This document shows positions 1-7,785 of a stretch of DNA of 64,000 nucleotides, in pieces. Source of the stretch: Candidatus Curtissbacteria bacterium (GTDB lineage: Bacteria; Patescibacteriota; Microgenomatia; Curtissbacterales; GWA2-41-24); the NCBI GenBank assembly GCA_030647775.1, contig JAUSJC010000010.1, forward strand, positions 136,718 through 200,717, read 5' to 3'. Numbering within the stretch: the stretch's first letter is position 1; every line of letters begins with the position of its first letter. The notes below the pieces were generated by a model that had not been told where the DNA came from, made no database searches, and saw nothing but the letters and a program-made list of their open reading frames with translations. A program made the translations under genes and the position numbers.

Positions 1-948
1 ATATTGGCCCCGGTTGTTTTGCTTAAGTACTACAATTTCCTTCTCACGCCCGTTGCCACTAGCAGTCAGGAAAATCAAATCTTTGTGGTTAAACCCGGCC
101 AGCCCTTAGCGCAAATTGCTCAAAATCTGGCTGAAGATAAGATTATCAGAAACGCTTTTGCATTCAGGCTTCTGGCCACCCAAATGGGGATTGCCAAAAA
201 TATCCAGGCCGGTGACTATCGTTTTTCACCGGGTCAATCCGCCACAGAAATAGCAAGAACCTTAACGCATGGCGCCATTGATATTTGGATTACCTTACCG
301 GAAGGCTTGCGAATTGAAGAACAAGCCCAAAGGATTTCCGATAAAATTAATACTTCCCAAAACGACAAAGCCCAATTTGATAAAGAGAGTTACATTAAAC
401 TCGCCAAAGAAGGTTATATGTTTCCCGACACTTACTTAATTGCCAAAGATGCTGGTGCCGTCGACGTTGCCCAAAAGCTAAGAGACACGTTTGATCAAAA
501 AGTAGATAGCCGGATTTTAGAAAAAGGGGCAAAAAATAACTTAACGGGGTATCAAGTTGTCATTATGGCATCACTCATCGAAAGGGAAGCACGGGGCGAC
601 GAAGAAAAACCGATTATTGCCGGAATCTTATTAAACCGTCTGCAGGCGGGGATTGCGCTCCAAATCGATGCTACAGTCCAATACGCCAAAGGTTACGACG
701 CCGCCAAAAAAACCTGGTGGGCACCCGTTTCGGTCAGCGATTACTCAACCGTCCGTTCTCCTTACAATACTTATCTTGCCCCCGGCCTGCCGCCCGCTCC
801 GATTTCAAATCCGGGTTTGGTCTCGATCCGCGCCGCCGCCGAACCGGCTGATACTCCGTACCTCTACTATATCCACGACCAAAAAGGCAAAATCCATTAT
901 GCTAAAACCATAGAAGAGCACAACGCCAATATCCAAAAGTATCTCTAA
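1..948 (+). CDS. mltG: Endolytic murein transglycosylase MltG/YceG; 5' end lies outside the window
   Basis: ORF 4..948 is open to the window edge. YceG-family motifs GDYRF, YMFPDTY, REARGDEE, NTYLAPGLPPAPISNPG and YLYY are present. There is no N-terminal TM helix, so the N-terminus is upstream. Confidence 0.85.
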   Translation: MLAPVVLLKYYNFLLTPVATSSQENQIFVVKPGQPLAQIAQNLAEDKIIRNAFAFRLLATQMGIAKNIQAGDYRFSPGQSATEIARTLTHGAIDIWITLPEGLRIEEQAQRISDKINTSQNDKAQFDKESYIKLAKEGYMFPDTYLIAKDAGAVDVAQKLRDTFDQKVDSRILEKGAKNNLTGYQVVIMASLIEREARGDEEKPIIAGILLNRLQAGIALQIDATVQYAKGYDAAKKTWWAPVSVSDYSTVRSPYNTYLAPGLPPAPISNPGLVSIRAAAEPADTPYLYYIHDQKGKIHYAKTIEEHNANIQKYL

Positions 949-951
949 ATA
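924..951. repeat. 28-bp direct repeat, copy 1 (last codons and stop of mltG)
   Basis: cgccaatatccaaaagtatctctaaata recurs at 1667..1694 with one mismatch, bracketing the BrnT/BrnA module. Confidence 0.8.
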
Positions 952-986
952 CCCATCTTGATTTTGTTATACAAATGTAATACAAT

Positions 987-1265
987 ATGACAAAGATAGT
1001 AATTAAAAAATTGGTTTGGGATAAACATAATCTCGAGCATATCGCCAAACATAATGTTACAGTTGATGAAGCCCAAGAGGCAATTCGTAATTTTATCGCT
1101 CACAAGATTGCTAAGAAGGGAAGGTATTTAGCAATCGGCAGATCCGGCTCCAGATTAATATCTTTAGTAGTCGGAAGAATAAGCACAGGCGTATATTATC
1201 CCGTAAGCGTTAGAGATTCTAGCAAAAAGGAGAGAAAGGAAATATATGAAAAAGAAAAAATTTAA
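987..1265 (+). CDS. brnT: BrnT-like toxin (DUF497 ribonuclease toxin)
   Basis: 92 aa. The WDxxKxxxNxxKHxV...EA...F motif and the C-terminal ...ERKEIYEKE are typical of BrnT. It overlaps the downstream partner by 20 nt. Confidence 0.75.
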   Translation: MTKIVIKKLVWDKHNLEHIAKHNVTVDEAQEAIRNFIAHKIAKKGRYLAIGRSGSRLISLVVGRISTGVYYPVSVRDSSKKERKEIYEKEKI

Positions 1266-1521
1266 ATTTCCTGATTTTGACAAAATGAGTTATAAGAAAG
1301 AAGCAGAGTGGTGGGATAAACATGACTTCACTGAATTTTGGGATGAGCTTAAAGATGTTGATCTTGAAGTCGAACTGCATAAGCCCCGCGACGAAACTTT
1401 AGTCCTGCGCCTGCAAAAAAGCCTCAAAGAAAAGTTAGAAGTTGTTGCCAGATCAAAAGGCTTAAATATCTCCGCTCTTGCCCGTATGTGGTTTGCCGAA
1501 AAGCTCAAGGAAGTAAAATAG
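1246..1521 (+). CDS. brnA: BrnA-like antitoxin (CopG/RHH-type)
   Basis: 91 aa. It has the WWDKHDFTEFWDEL N-terminus and the C-terminal ...GLNISALARMWFAEKLKE segment characteristic of BrnA antitoxins. It is translationally overlapped with brnT. Confidence 0.7.
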   Translation: MKKKKFKFPDFDKMSYKKEAEWWDKHDFTEFWDELKDVDLEVELHKPRDETLVLRLQKSLKEKLEVVARSKGLNISALARMWFAEKLKEVK

Positions 1522-1624
1522 ATTCCCACGGCCCAAAGGCCGTGGTTCTCTCTTCCTCGCTCAAAATTCGCTCCTAGACCCGCAGTTCTGCATTGCAGAA
1601 CGAGGATCGCATGGCACTGTATAT

Positions 1625-1650
1625 CTCCGTCCTGAAGGACGGAGTTTTTT
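1625..1650 (+). terminator. Rho-independent terminator after brnTA
   Basis: ctccgtcc-tgaa-ggacggag is an 8-bp perfect stem followed by tttttt. A further hairpin cacggcc-caaa-ggccgtg lies at 1527..1544. Confidence 0.7.
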
Positions 1651-1666
1651 CGCTCAGAATAAAAAG

Positions 1667-1694
1667 CGCCAATATCCAAAAGTATCTGTAAATA
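1667..1694. repeat. 28-bp direct repeat, copy 2
   Basis: Matches 924..951 at 27 of 28 positions. Confidence 0.8.
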
Positions 1695-1890
1695 TACGGC
1701 ACGTTCTTGACTTAGCATTTTTCATATTGTCACCCTGAACTCGTTTCAGGATTTTTCTCTCCTATGGTCATTGCGAGCGTAGCGCGGCAATCTCGTCTAG
1801 CCTTGATTTTGAGATACGACTATAATGACAAAGGGTTTAGGCCGGCCCGTTCAGCCAATAATTATACGAAGGTGGATCGGAGTTTTTTAT

Positions 1891-2721
1891 ATGAAAAGTC
1901 CTGAGCATCAGAAAAGGAGTGTAACCGAATATGTTGAACTGGAGGCAAGGGGTGAGAAGGTTAAGCGTGCTGAAAAAGTAGCCTCTGAAAGAAATTTTGA
2001 TTTGACCCATGACGTTTGGGACGTTGAAACCGATAAAGATCGGTATTGGGTCATAACAGAGCCAACAAACCTATACTCGCATTCTGATTTTCCCAGTATG
2101 GACTATGCGCTGTCATTCCATATCGGTCTAATGAGCCGAATGAACGCTGGACAACACACAAATGCAACCGATGAAGATATTTACCGCACCCCAAAAACTT
2201 GGAGGCAATGGGAACAAGCTCACGATGCACTAGAACTCGCTGAGGAAGCAGAGGACTTTCAAGGTGTTGGTGCTAGGTGTCGAGAAGTACTGATAACTCT
2301 TGTTGATGAACTGGAAACTAGCAAACTTACAAAAAGACAAAACCCAGATATTAAAAGAGCAGACGTTAAAGCTCAGCTTGCAGCCACATACGACTTACTC
2401 GCGTCCGGAAAAGAAGCGAGGAAAATAAGGGCTCATCTTAAAACTAATTCCGATTCCACCTGGGAGCTCGTTTCCTGGTTAACACACCATAAGAATGCGG
2501 TGCGCGAGGATGCAAAATATGTCATGAATGCAACTGAACAACTTATGCTAAATACTTTGAGTATTGTCGTCCGTAGTGAGAAGTCCAAGCCAAAAAGGTG
2601 CCCGAAATGTAAGTCATATCGTGTAATTTCAGATTTTCGTTCAGAGTTGATGTATAAAGTCGAACATCCCTATGTTGAACTTTGTGAAGCTTGTGGATGG
2701 GGAGGCAATAAACCAAAATAA
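1891..2721 (+). CDS. Hypothetical protein with a C-terminal CxxC...CxxC zinc ribbon
   Basis: ORF 1825..2721. The likely start is ATG 1891, preceded by aggtgga. The C-terminus reads CPKCKS...CEACGW. No family recognised. GC is lower than in the core genes. Confidence 0.5.
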   Translation: MKSPEHQKRSVTEYVELEARGEKVKRAEKVASERNFDLTHDVWDVETDKDRYWVITEPTNLYSHSDFPSMDYALSFHIGLMSRMNAGQHTNATDEDIYRTPKTWRQWEQAHDALELAEEAEDFQGVGARCREVLITLVDELETSKLTKRQNPDIKRADVKAQLAATYDLLASGKEARKIRAHLKTNSDSTWELVSWLTHHKNAVREDAKYVMNATEQLMLNTLSIVVRSEKSKPKRCPKCKSYRVISDFRSELMYKVEHPYVELCEACGWGGNKPK

Positions 2722-2774
2722 TTTTAGACCGAGCCGTTCAGCTTAATTTAGCCTCGATTTGCTATACTTTCCGC

Positions 2775-3473
2775 ATGACATTGAAAATTATCTCTTGGAA
2801 TATTTGGGAAGGAAAATATTTTACAGGCATAATTGATTTTTTAAAGAAGTCAGATGCGGATATAATTGGTTTTCAGGAGGCCGTACAAGAAAAGGACGGA
2901 AAGGCAAATACGGCACAACTTATCGCAAATGAGCTGGGGTACGAATTTGTTTACGCAACAACTTGTGAAATAGAAAAAGACGGAAGAATTTTAGATAGAG
3001 GAAATGCAATTCTTAGCAAGCACAGGATCATCGAAAATAAAACGTATGTCTTATCTGAAATCGACAAACGCACAGCCATAGGAGCGGATATAGAGGTTAA
3101 AGGTACAAAGCTGCATGTTTTCAACACACATTTAATCCACACCCACCAAAAACCATCTGGTACACAAAACTTGCAAGCTAAAAATTTAATTGAAGTTTTG
3201 CCAAAGAGGGCAACCATCCTTATGGGGGATTTTAATGCTGTTCCTGGAAGTGTTGCCGTTAAGAAGATATCTAAGGTTCTTAAAAATACTGATACTTCTA
3301 ATCTTCCAACGTGGTGCGTATATCCCGAAGGCTGTAAAGTATGTAAACCAAAAGGTGTTGAATACAAACTGGATTATATTTTCGTCAGTCAAGACATTAA
3401 GTGTAAATTATTTGAGGTAGGAAGTTCGAAAGGATCAGACCATTTACCCATTTCAGCAATAATCCAGATATAG
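2775..3473 (+). CDS. Endonuclease/exonuclease/phosphatase (EEP) family protein
   Basis: 232 aa. EEP signatures are present: ISWNIW, GFQE, NTHL and GDFN, plus a C-terminal SDHLPI. Confidence 0.75.
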   Translation: MTLKIISWNIWEGKYFTGIIDFLKKSDADIIGFQEAVQEKDGKANTAQLIANELGYEFVYATTCEIEKDGRILDRGNAILSKHRIIENKTYVLSEIDKRTAIGADIEVKGTKLHVFNTHLIHTHQKPSGTQNLQAKNLIEVLPKRATILMGDFNAVPGSVAVKKISKVLKNTDTSNLPTWCVYPEGCKVCKPKGVEYKLDYIFVSQDIKCKLFEVGSSKGSDHLPISAIIQI

Positions 3474-3562
3474 ATATAGCGATTTCCATATACGTTCCAA
3501 CATAGCCAGCCAGCGCCCAATCCTTCCGCCCCACGCCATAATTTCTGTGTGTGGCCGCCTTC

Positions 3563-3591
3563 TTGACATAAAAGCCAGAATTCTGTACAAT
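3563..3591 (+). promoter_or_regulatory. Sigma70-like promoter for phd-relE
   Basis: TTGACA (3563-3568), 17-nt spacer, TACAAT (3586-3591), 9 nt before the ATG at 3601. Confidence 0.55.
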
Positions 3592-3600
3592 CTGAATATT

Positions 3601-3873
3601 ATGAATACTGTTCTTCCTTTAACCGAAGCGAGAAATAAATTTGCCGAACTCATTGATGATGCAAGCAAAATGTTTTCCCGCTTTACCATCACCAGAAACG
3701 GTAAACCGGAGGCAGTTCTCATGAGTAAGGACGAATATGATGCCCTGATCGATACTTTAGAAATTCTTTCCAACCCTGTCACTATGGCCTCTATCCGCCG
3801 CGGGGAAAAAGATATCAAAGCAGGCAGGGTCAAACCGCTTGAAGATGTCCTAAAAGATCTCAAGCTCTCCTAA
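3601..3873 (+). CDS. phd: Phd/YefM-family antitoxin
   Basis: MNTVLPLTEARNKFAELID...FTITRNGKPEAVLMSKDEYDALIDTLEIL is the canonical YefM fold sequence. The ORF track begins at 3547 but the conserved N-terminus starts at ATG 3601. Confidence 0.8.
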   Translation: MNTVLPLTEARNKFAELIDDASKMFSRFTITRNGKPEAVLMSKDEYDALIDTLEILSNPVTMASIRRGEKDIKAGRVKPLEDVLKDLKLS

Positions 3874-4124
3874 TGTATCAGGTTTTCCTCACCAATGAGG
3901 CCGAGAAACAATTAAAATCACTAGACAGTAGGTATCAAAAAGCACTTGCTCAAGCGCTCAAAAGACTTGCCGAAAATACCAAGGCCGGCGCACCACTGCG
4001 TCGGGAGCTTAAGGGTAAATACAAATTAAGGGTTTCAAGATACAGAATAATCTATGAATTTGATTATGGAAAAAAGATTATTTGGGTTTTGACAATCGAC
4101 CACAGAAAAGATGTTTATAGATAA
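3873..4124 (+). CDS. relE: RelE/ParE-family toxin
   Basis: 83 aa. The LKGKYKLRVSRYRIIYEFDYGKKIIWVLTIDHRKDVY motif is RelE/StbE-like. Its start overlaps the phd stop in TAATG. Confidence 0.8.
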   Translation: MYQVFLTNEAEKQLKSLDSRYQKALAQALKRLAENTKAGAPLRRELKGKYKLRVSRYRIIYEFDYGKKIIWVLTIDHRKDVYR

Positions 4125-4153
4125 TTTCTGTACGCCTGAAACTTTTACATCCC

Positions 4154-4182
4154 TTGACAAGATAAGCCTGCGGTGATATATT
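4154..4182 (+). promoter_or_regulatory. Candidate promoter upstream of rpoB
   Basis: TTGACA (4154-4159), 17 nt, TATATT with an upstream TG (extended -10), about 260 nt before the rpoB start. Confidence 0.4.
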
Positions 4183-4440
4183 TTCCCTAGAACGAATCCT
4201 TTCAAGGGGGTATTTATCGTACCTTCTTGAGTTTTTGTTGTTTGAAAAACTCCGCCAGATGGCGGATTTCCTGTGGGTCATCCTTCAACTCGATTTAAAA
4301 GGTTTACCCGCCAAAGATCCCAGCCCGCATTGCTACGCAAAGCGTTGCAGGCGGGGCTCTTCGAGCCGCAGTTCATATGAACGAGGCGAGAAGTAAGATC
4401 GGGCGGGCCTGTCAAAGTCAAATAACCATTTATAATACCT

Positions 4441-7400
4441 GTGGCAAAACGCATAACTTGGGGTCAACCTACCAATCATAATTTACCCCCGCTGGACTTA
4501 GTCGAGGTTCAAAGGGAATCTTTTGCCCAATTTCTGGAAAACGGTATCGGTGAAGTTCTGGAAGAAGTTTCCCCAATCGACGATTTTACCGGTAAAAACT
4601 TTACTCTAACTTTAGGCAAACATAGCTTTAGTAAATCCAAACACACTCCTGAAGAAGCAAGCGAAAAAGGCCTTACCTACGATCTCCCCCTTAAAGTAGA
4701 AGCAACAGTTTTAAACAAACAAACCGGCGCCAAAAATTCCCAGGAAGTTTTCTTATGTGACCTGCCGATGATGATGGAAAAAGGTTCATTCATCGTCAAT
4801 GGCATTGAGCGTGCCGTTGTTAACCAGATGGTTAGAGCCCCGGGCGCCTATTATTCTGCCGAAATCGATCCTTCAACCGGTAAAATTCTCTACAGCTGCG
4901 AAATCAGACCCCTTCGAGGTTCATGGCTGGAGTTTGCTATCACCAAAAACGATATTATTACTGTCAAAATTGACAGGCGCCGTAAATTCCCGGCGACAAC
5001 TTTCCTTCGTGCAATCGGTTTTTCCACCGATGAAGAAATTTGGAAGCTCTTTGATTTTGTTAAAGAAGACCAAATCAAAGATTTTCTCAAAAACACTTTT
5101 GCCAAGGATTCAACCGAAAACACCGATGAGGCGCTTCTGGAAATCTACCGCAAAATGCGTCCGGGCGACCACGTCATTTTGGATAACGCCAAAGCGCTTA
5201 TGGATACGATGTTTTTCAACACGCGCCGCTATTCTCTTGGTAAAGTCGGCAGGTACAAAATCCAAAAACGTTTGGGAAAAATCAAAGAAACGCTTTCGGC
5301 AAAAGACGATCCCGAAAGCCAAATCTTAACCCAGGCAGATTTCATCGGTGCCATTGCCTATATTTTCGAACTCGTGATGGGTAGAGGCAGAGTTGATGAT
5401 ATCGACCATCTTGGCAATCGCCGAATTCGCCGCGTCGGTGAACTTGTCGCCCAGAATGCTTTCAGGATCGGAATTTTAAGGCTCGAGCGGGTTATAAAAG
5501 AAAGAATGAGCTTGACCCCCTTGGATGTTGTTCCTTCCCCTGCATCTCTTATTAATGCCCGCCCGATAATTTCAGCCGTTAACGAATTCTTCCGTTCCAG
5601 CCAGCTTTCCACCATTCTTGACCAAACCAACCCGCTGGCAGAACTTGATAATCTTCGCCGCCTGACCGTTATGGGAACCGGTGGTATTGCCCGGGAACGT
5701 GCCGCCTTCTCAATTCGCGACATTAACCATTCCCAGTATTCCAGGATTTGCCCGATTCGTTCTCCCGAGGGTCCCAATATCGGCCTTGTAACCTATATGT
5801 CTCTTTATTGTCGTATCAACGAGTACGGTTTTTTGGAAGCTCCTTACAAAAAAGTTGTTAAAGACAAAACGGGCAAACCCAATGTTTCCGACGAAATTGT
5901 TTATCTGGCTGCCGACGACGAAGAAGATTATTACATCACCCATGCACAGGTTGCCGTAGATAAAAAGGGTTATTTTGAAGATGACAGGGTTGCGGTCCGC
6001 TATAAAGGGGAATTTACAACTGCCGATATCGGTGTTGTTGACTTCATTGATGTTGTTCCAAGACAAGTTGTTGGAACTTCGGCTTCTCTAATTCCGTTCT
6101 TGGCTCACGATGAAGCTAATCGTGCCCTAATGGGAACCCACATGCAGTGTCAGGCAGTTCCCTTGATTAAGCCCGAGTCACCCGTAGTTGGGACTGGTAT
6201 GGAAGCAGTTGTTGGTGAAAATATGGGCCGTGTAATAAAAGCCGTGGAGGATGGCCTTGTAATCTACGCCGATAGCAAAAAAGTTACCCTCAAAACCAAA
6301 ACCCGTGGAACGCTCACTTATCCGATCCAGAAATTCACAAGGTCTCCTCAAAGTACCTGCTATTCCCAAAGGCCTCGGGTTTTTACCGGCCAAAAGGTTC
6401 GAAGGGGCGAAGTTCTTATTGACGGATCCGCAACCGATGACGGCGAACTGGCACTTGGCCAAAATTTAACAATCGCCTACATGAGCTTTGATGGCCTTGG
6501 TTATGAGGACGCTATCATCATTTCCGACAGGCTGTTTAAGGAAGATGTCTTAACCTCGATCCATATTGAAGAATATGAGACTCCTGTAGTCGAGACAAAG
6601 CTTGGTCCGGAAGAGACGACCCGCGATATTCCCAATGTTTCCGAAGAAGATCTTGCCAATCTCGACGAGCAGGGTGTTGTGGTCATCGGTGCCGATGTTG
6701 GTCCCAATGATATTCTGGTTGGCAAAATCGCCCCCAAAGGCGAAACGGAGTTAACGGCCGAAGAAAGACTTTTAAGAACCATCTTTGGCGAGAAAGCTAG
6801 GGAAGTGCGTGATACTTCTCTTCGCATGCCCCACGGTGAAAAGGGAACAGTTATCGATGTTAAAATCCTTTCCCGCGAGGAGGGTGACGAATTGGAGCAT
6901 GGCGCTCTTTCTAAAATCTTCGTTAAAGTTGCTCAAATGAGAAAAGTTGTTGTCGGCGACAAACTGGCCGGCCGCCACGGTAATAAAGGTGTCATCTCCA
7001 AGATTATTCCAACTTACGATATGCCTCACCTTGAAGATGGTACCCCGATTGACGTCATCATCAGCCCGCTTTCTGTACTTTCCCGTATGAACTTGGGTCA
7101 GCTTCTGGAAACTCATCTTGGTATTGCGGTATCAAAACTCAATTACAAAGTTGCCCTCCCCGTTTTTGAGCATATTTCCGAGGATCAAATTGTTGGCGAG
7201 CTTAAAAAAGCGGGTCTTCCACTCGACGGCCGTACCACTCTTTACGATGGCCGTTCAGGTCTGGCCTTCGACAGGCCGATTGTTGTCGGCACAGCTTATA
7301 TTCTTAAACTCATCCATATGGTTGAGGATAAAACCCACGCCCGCTCAACCGGTCCATACTCCTTAATTACCCAACAGCCTTTGGGTGGTAAAGCTCAAAT

Positions 7401-7785
7401 GGGCGGCCAGCGTCTTGGTGAAATGGAAGTCTGGGCACTGGAAGCCTACGGTGCCGCTTTCACCTTGCAGGAAATGTTAACCATCAAGTCTGACGATGTT
7501 GTTGGCCGCGCCAAGGCATTTGAGGCTATCATCAAAGGTGAAGAAATTCCTCAGGCCCTAATCCCTGAATCGTTTAAGGTCTTGGTCAAGGAACTGAACT
7601 CTCTTGGCTTAAATGTCCAAACCATTGGTGCCAAAGTCGCCGTCGAAGAAGTTTCAAGCGAAAAAGATGTCAAAAAAGCGCAAGAACTGGCAGAAATTTC
7701 TGGTGCCGAAATTGTTGTAACCGAGGCCGAAATTATAAAAGCTGATAGCCCTATGGAACTTGAGGAAGGAGCAAAACCAGCGTGA
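4441..7785 (+). CDS. rpoB: DNA-directed RNA polymerase subunit beta
   Basis: 1114 aa with a GTG start. Conserved blocks include LPPLDLVEVQRESFAQFL, GNRRIRRVGEL, MGTHMQCQAVPL and GQRLGEMEVWALEAYGAA. Confidence 0.97.
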   Translation: MAKRITWGQPTNHNLPPLDLVEVQRESFAQFLENGIGEVLEEVSPIDDFTGKNFTLTLGKHSFSKSKHTPEEASEKGLTYDLPLKVEATVLNKQTGAKNSQEVFLCDLPMMMEKGSFIVNGIERAVVNQMVRAPGAYYSAEIDPSTGKILYSCEIRPLRGSWLEFAITKNDIITVKIDRRRKFPATTFLRAIGFSTDEEIWKLFDFVKEDQIKDFLKNTFAKDSTENTDEALLEIYRKMRPGDHVILDNAKALMDTMFFNTRRYSLGKVGRYKIQKRLGKIKETLSAKDDPESQILTQADFIGAIAYIFELVMGRGRVDDIDHLGNRRIRRVGELVAQNAFRIGILRLERVIKERMSLTPLDVVPSPASLINARPIISAVNEFFRSSQLSTILDQTNPLAELDNLRRLTVMGTGGIARERAAFSIRDINHSQYSRICPIRSPEGPNIGLVTYMSLYCRINEYGFLEAPYKKVVKDKTGKPNVSDEIVYLAADDEEDYYITHAQVAVDKKGYFEDDRVAVRYKGEFTTADIGVVDFIDVVPRQVVGTSASLIPFLAHDEANRALMGTHMQCQAVPLIKPESPVVGTGMEAVVGENMGRVIKAVEDGLVIYADSKKVTLKTKTRGTLTYPIQKFTRSPQSTCYSQRPRVFTGQKVRRGEVLIDGSATDDGELALGQNLTIAYMSFDGLGYEDAIIISDRLFKEDVLTSIHIEEYETPVVETKLGPEETTRDIPNVSEEDLANLDEQGVVVIGADVGPNDILVGKIAPKGETELTAEERLLRTIFGEKAREVRDTSLRMPHGEKGTVIDVKILSREEGDELEHGALSKIFVKVAQMRKVVVGDKLAGRHGNKGVISKIIPTYDMPHLEDGTPIDVIISPLSVLSRMNLGQLLETHLGIAVSKLNYKVALPVFEHISEDQIVGELKKAGLPLDGRTTLYDGRSGLAFDRPIVVGTAYILKLIHMVEDKTHARSTGPYSLITQQPLGGKAQMGGQRLGEMEVWALEAYGAAFTLQEMLTIKSDDVVGRAKAFEAIIKGEEIPQALIPESFKVLVKELNSLGLNVQTIGAKVAVEEVSSEKDVKKAQELAEISGAEIVVTEAEIIKADSPMELEEGAKPA

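Noticed and set aside
4427-4440. A TATAAT hexamer 5 nt before the rpoB GTG start.
   Set aside because: It is too close to the start codon to serve as a -10 for this gene unless the mRNA is leaderless and the start is downstream. The conserved RpoB N-terminus begins at 4441. Treated as coincidental.
4799-7366. Multiple 60-180-aa ORFs on both strands inside rpoB, and similar ones inside rpoC, fusA, tuf, purL and the LTD gene.
   Set aside because: They lie entirely within, or antisense to, strongly supported conserved genes, have no recognisable domains, and are typical GC-driven spurious frames.
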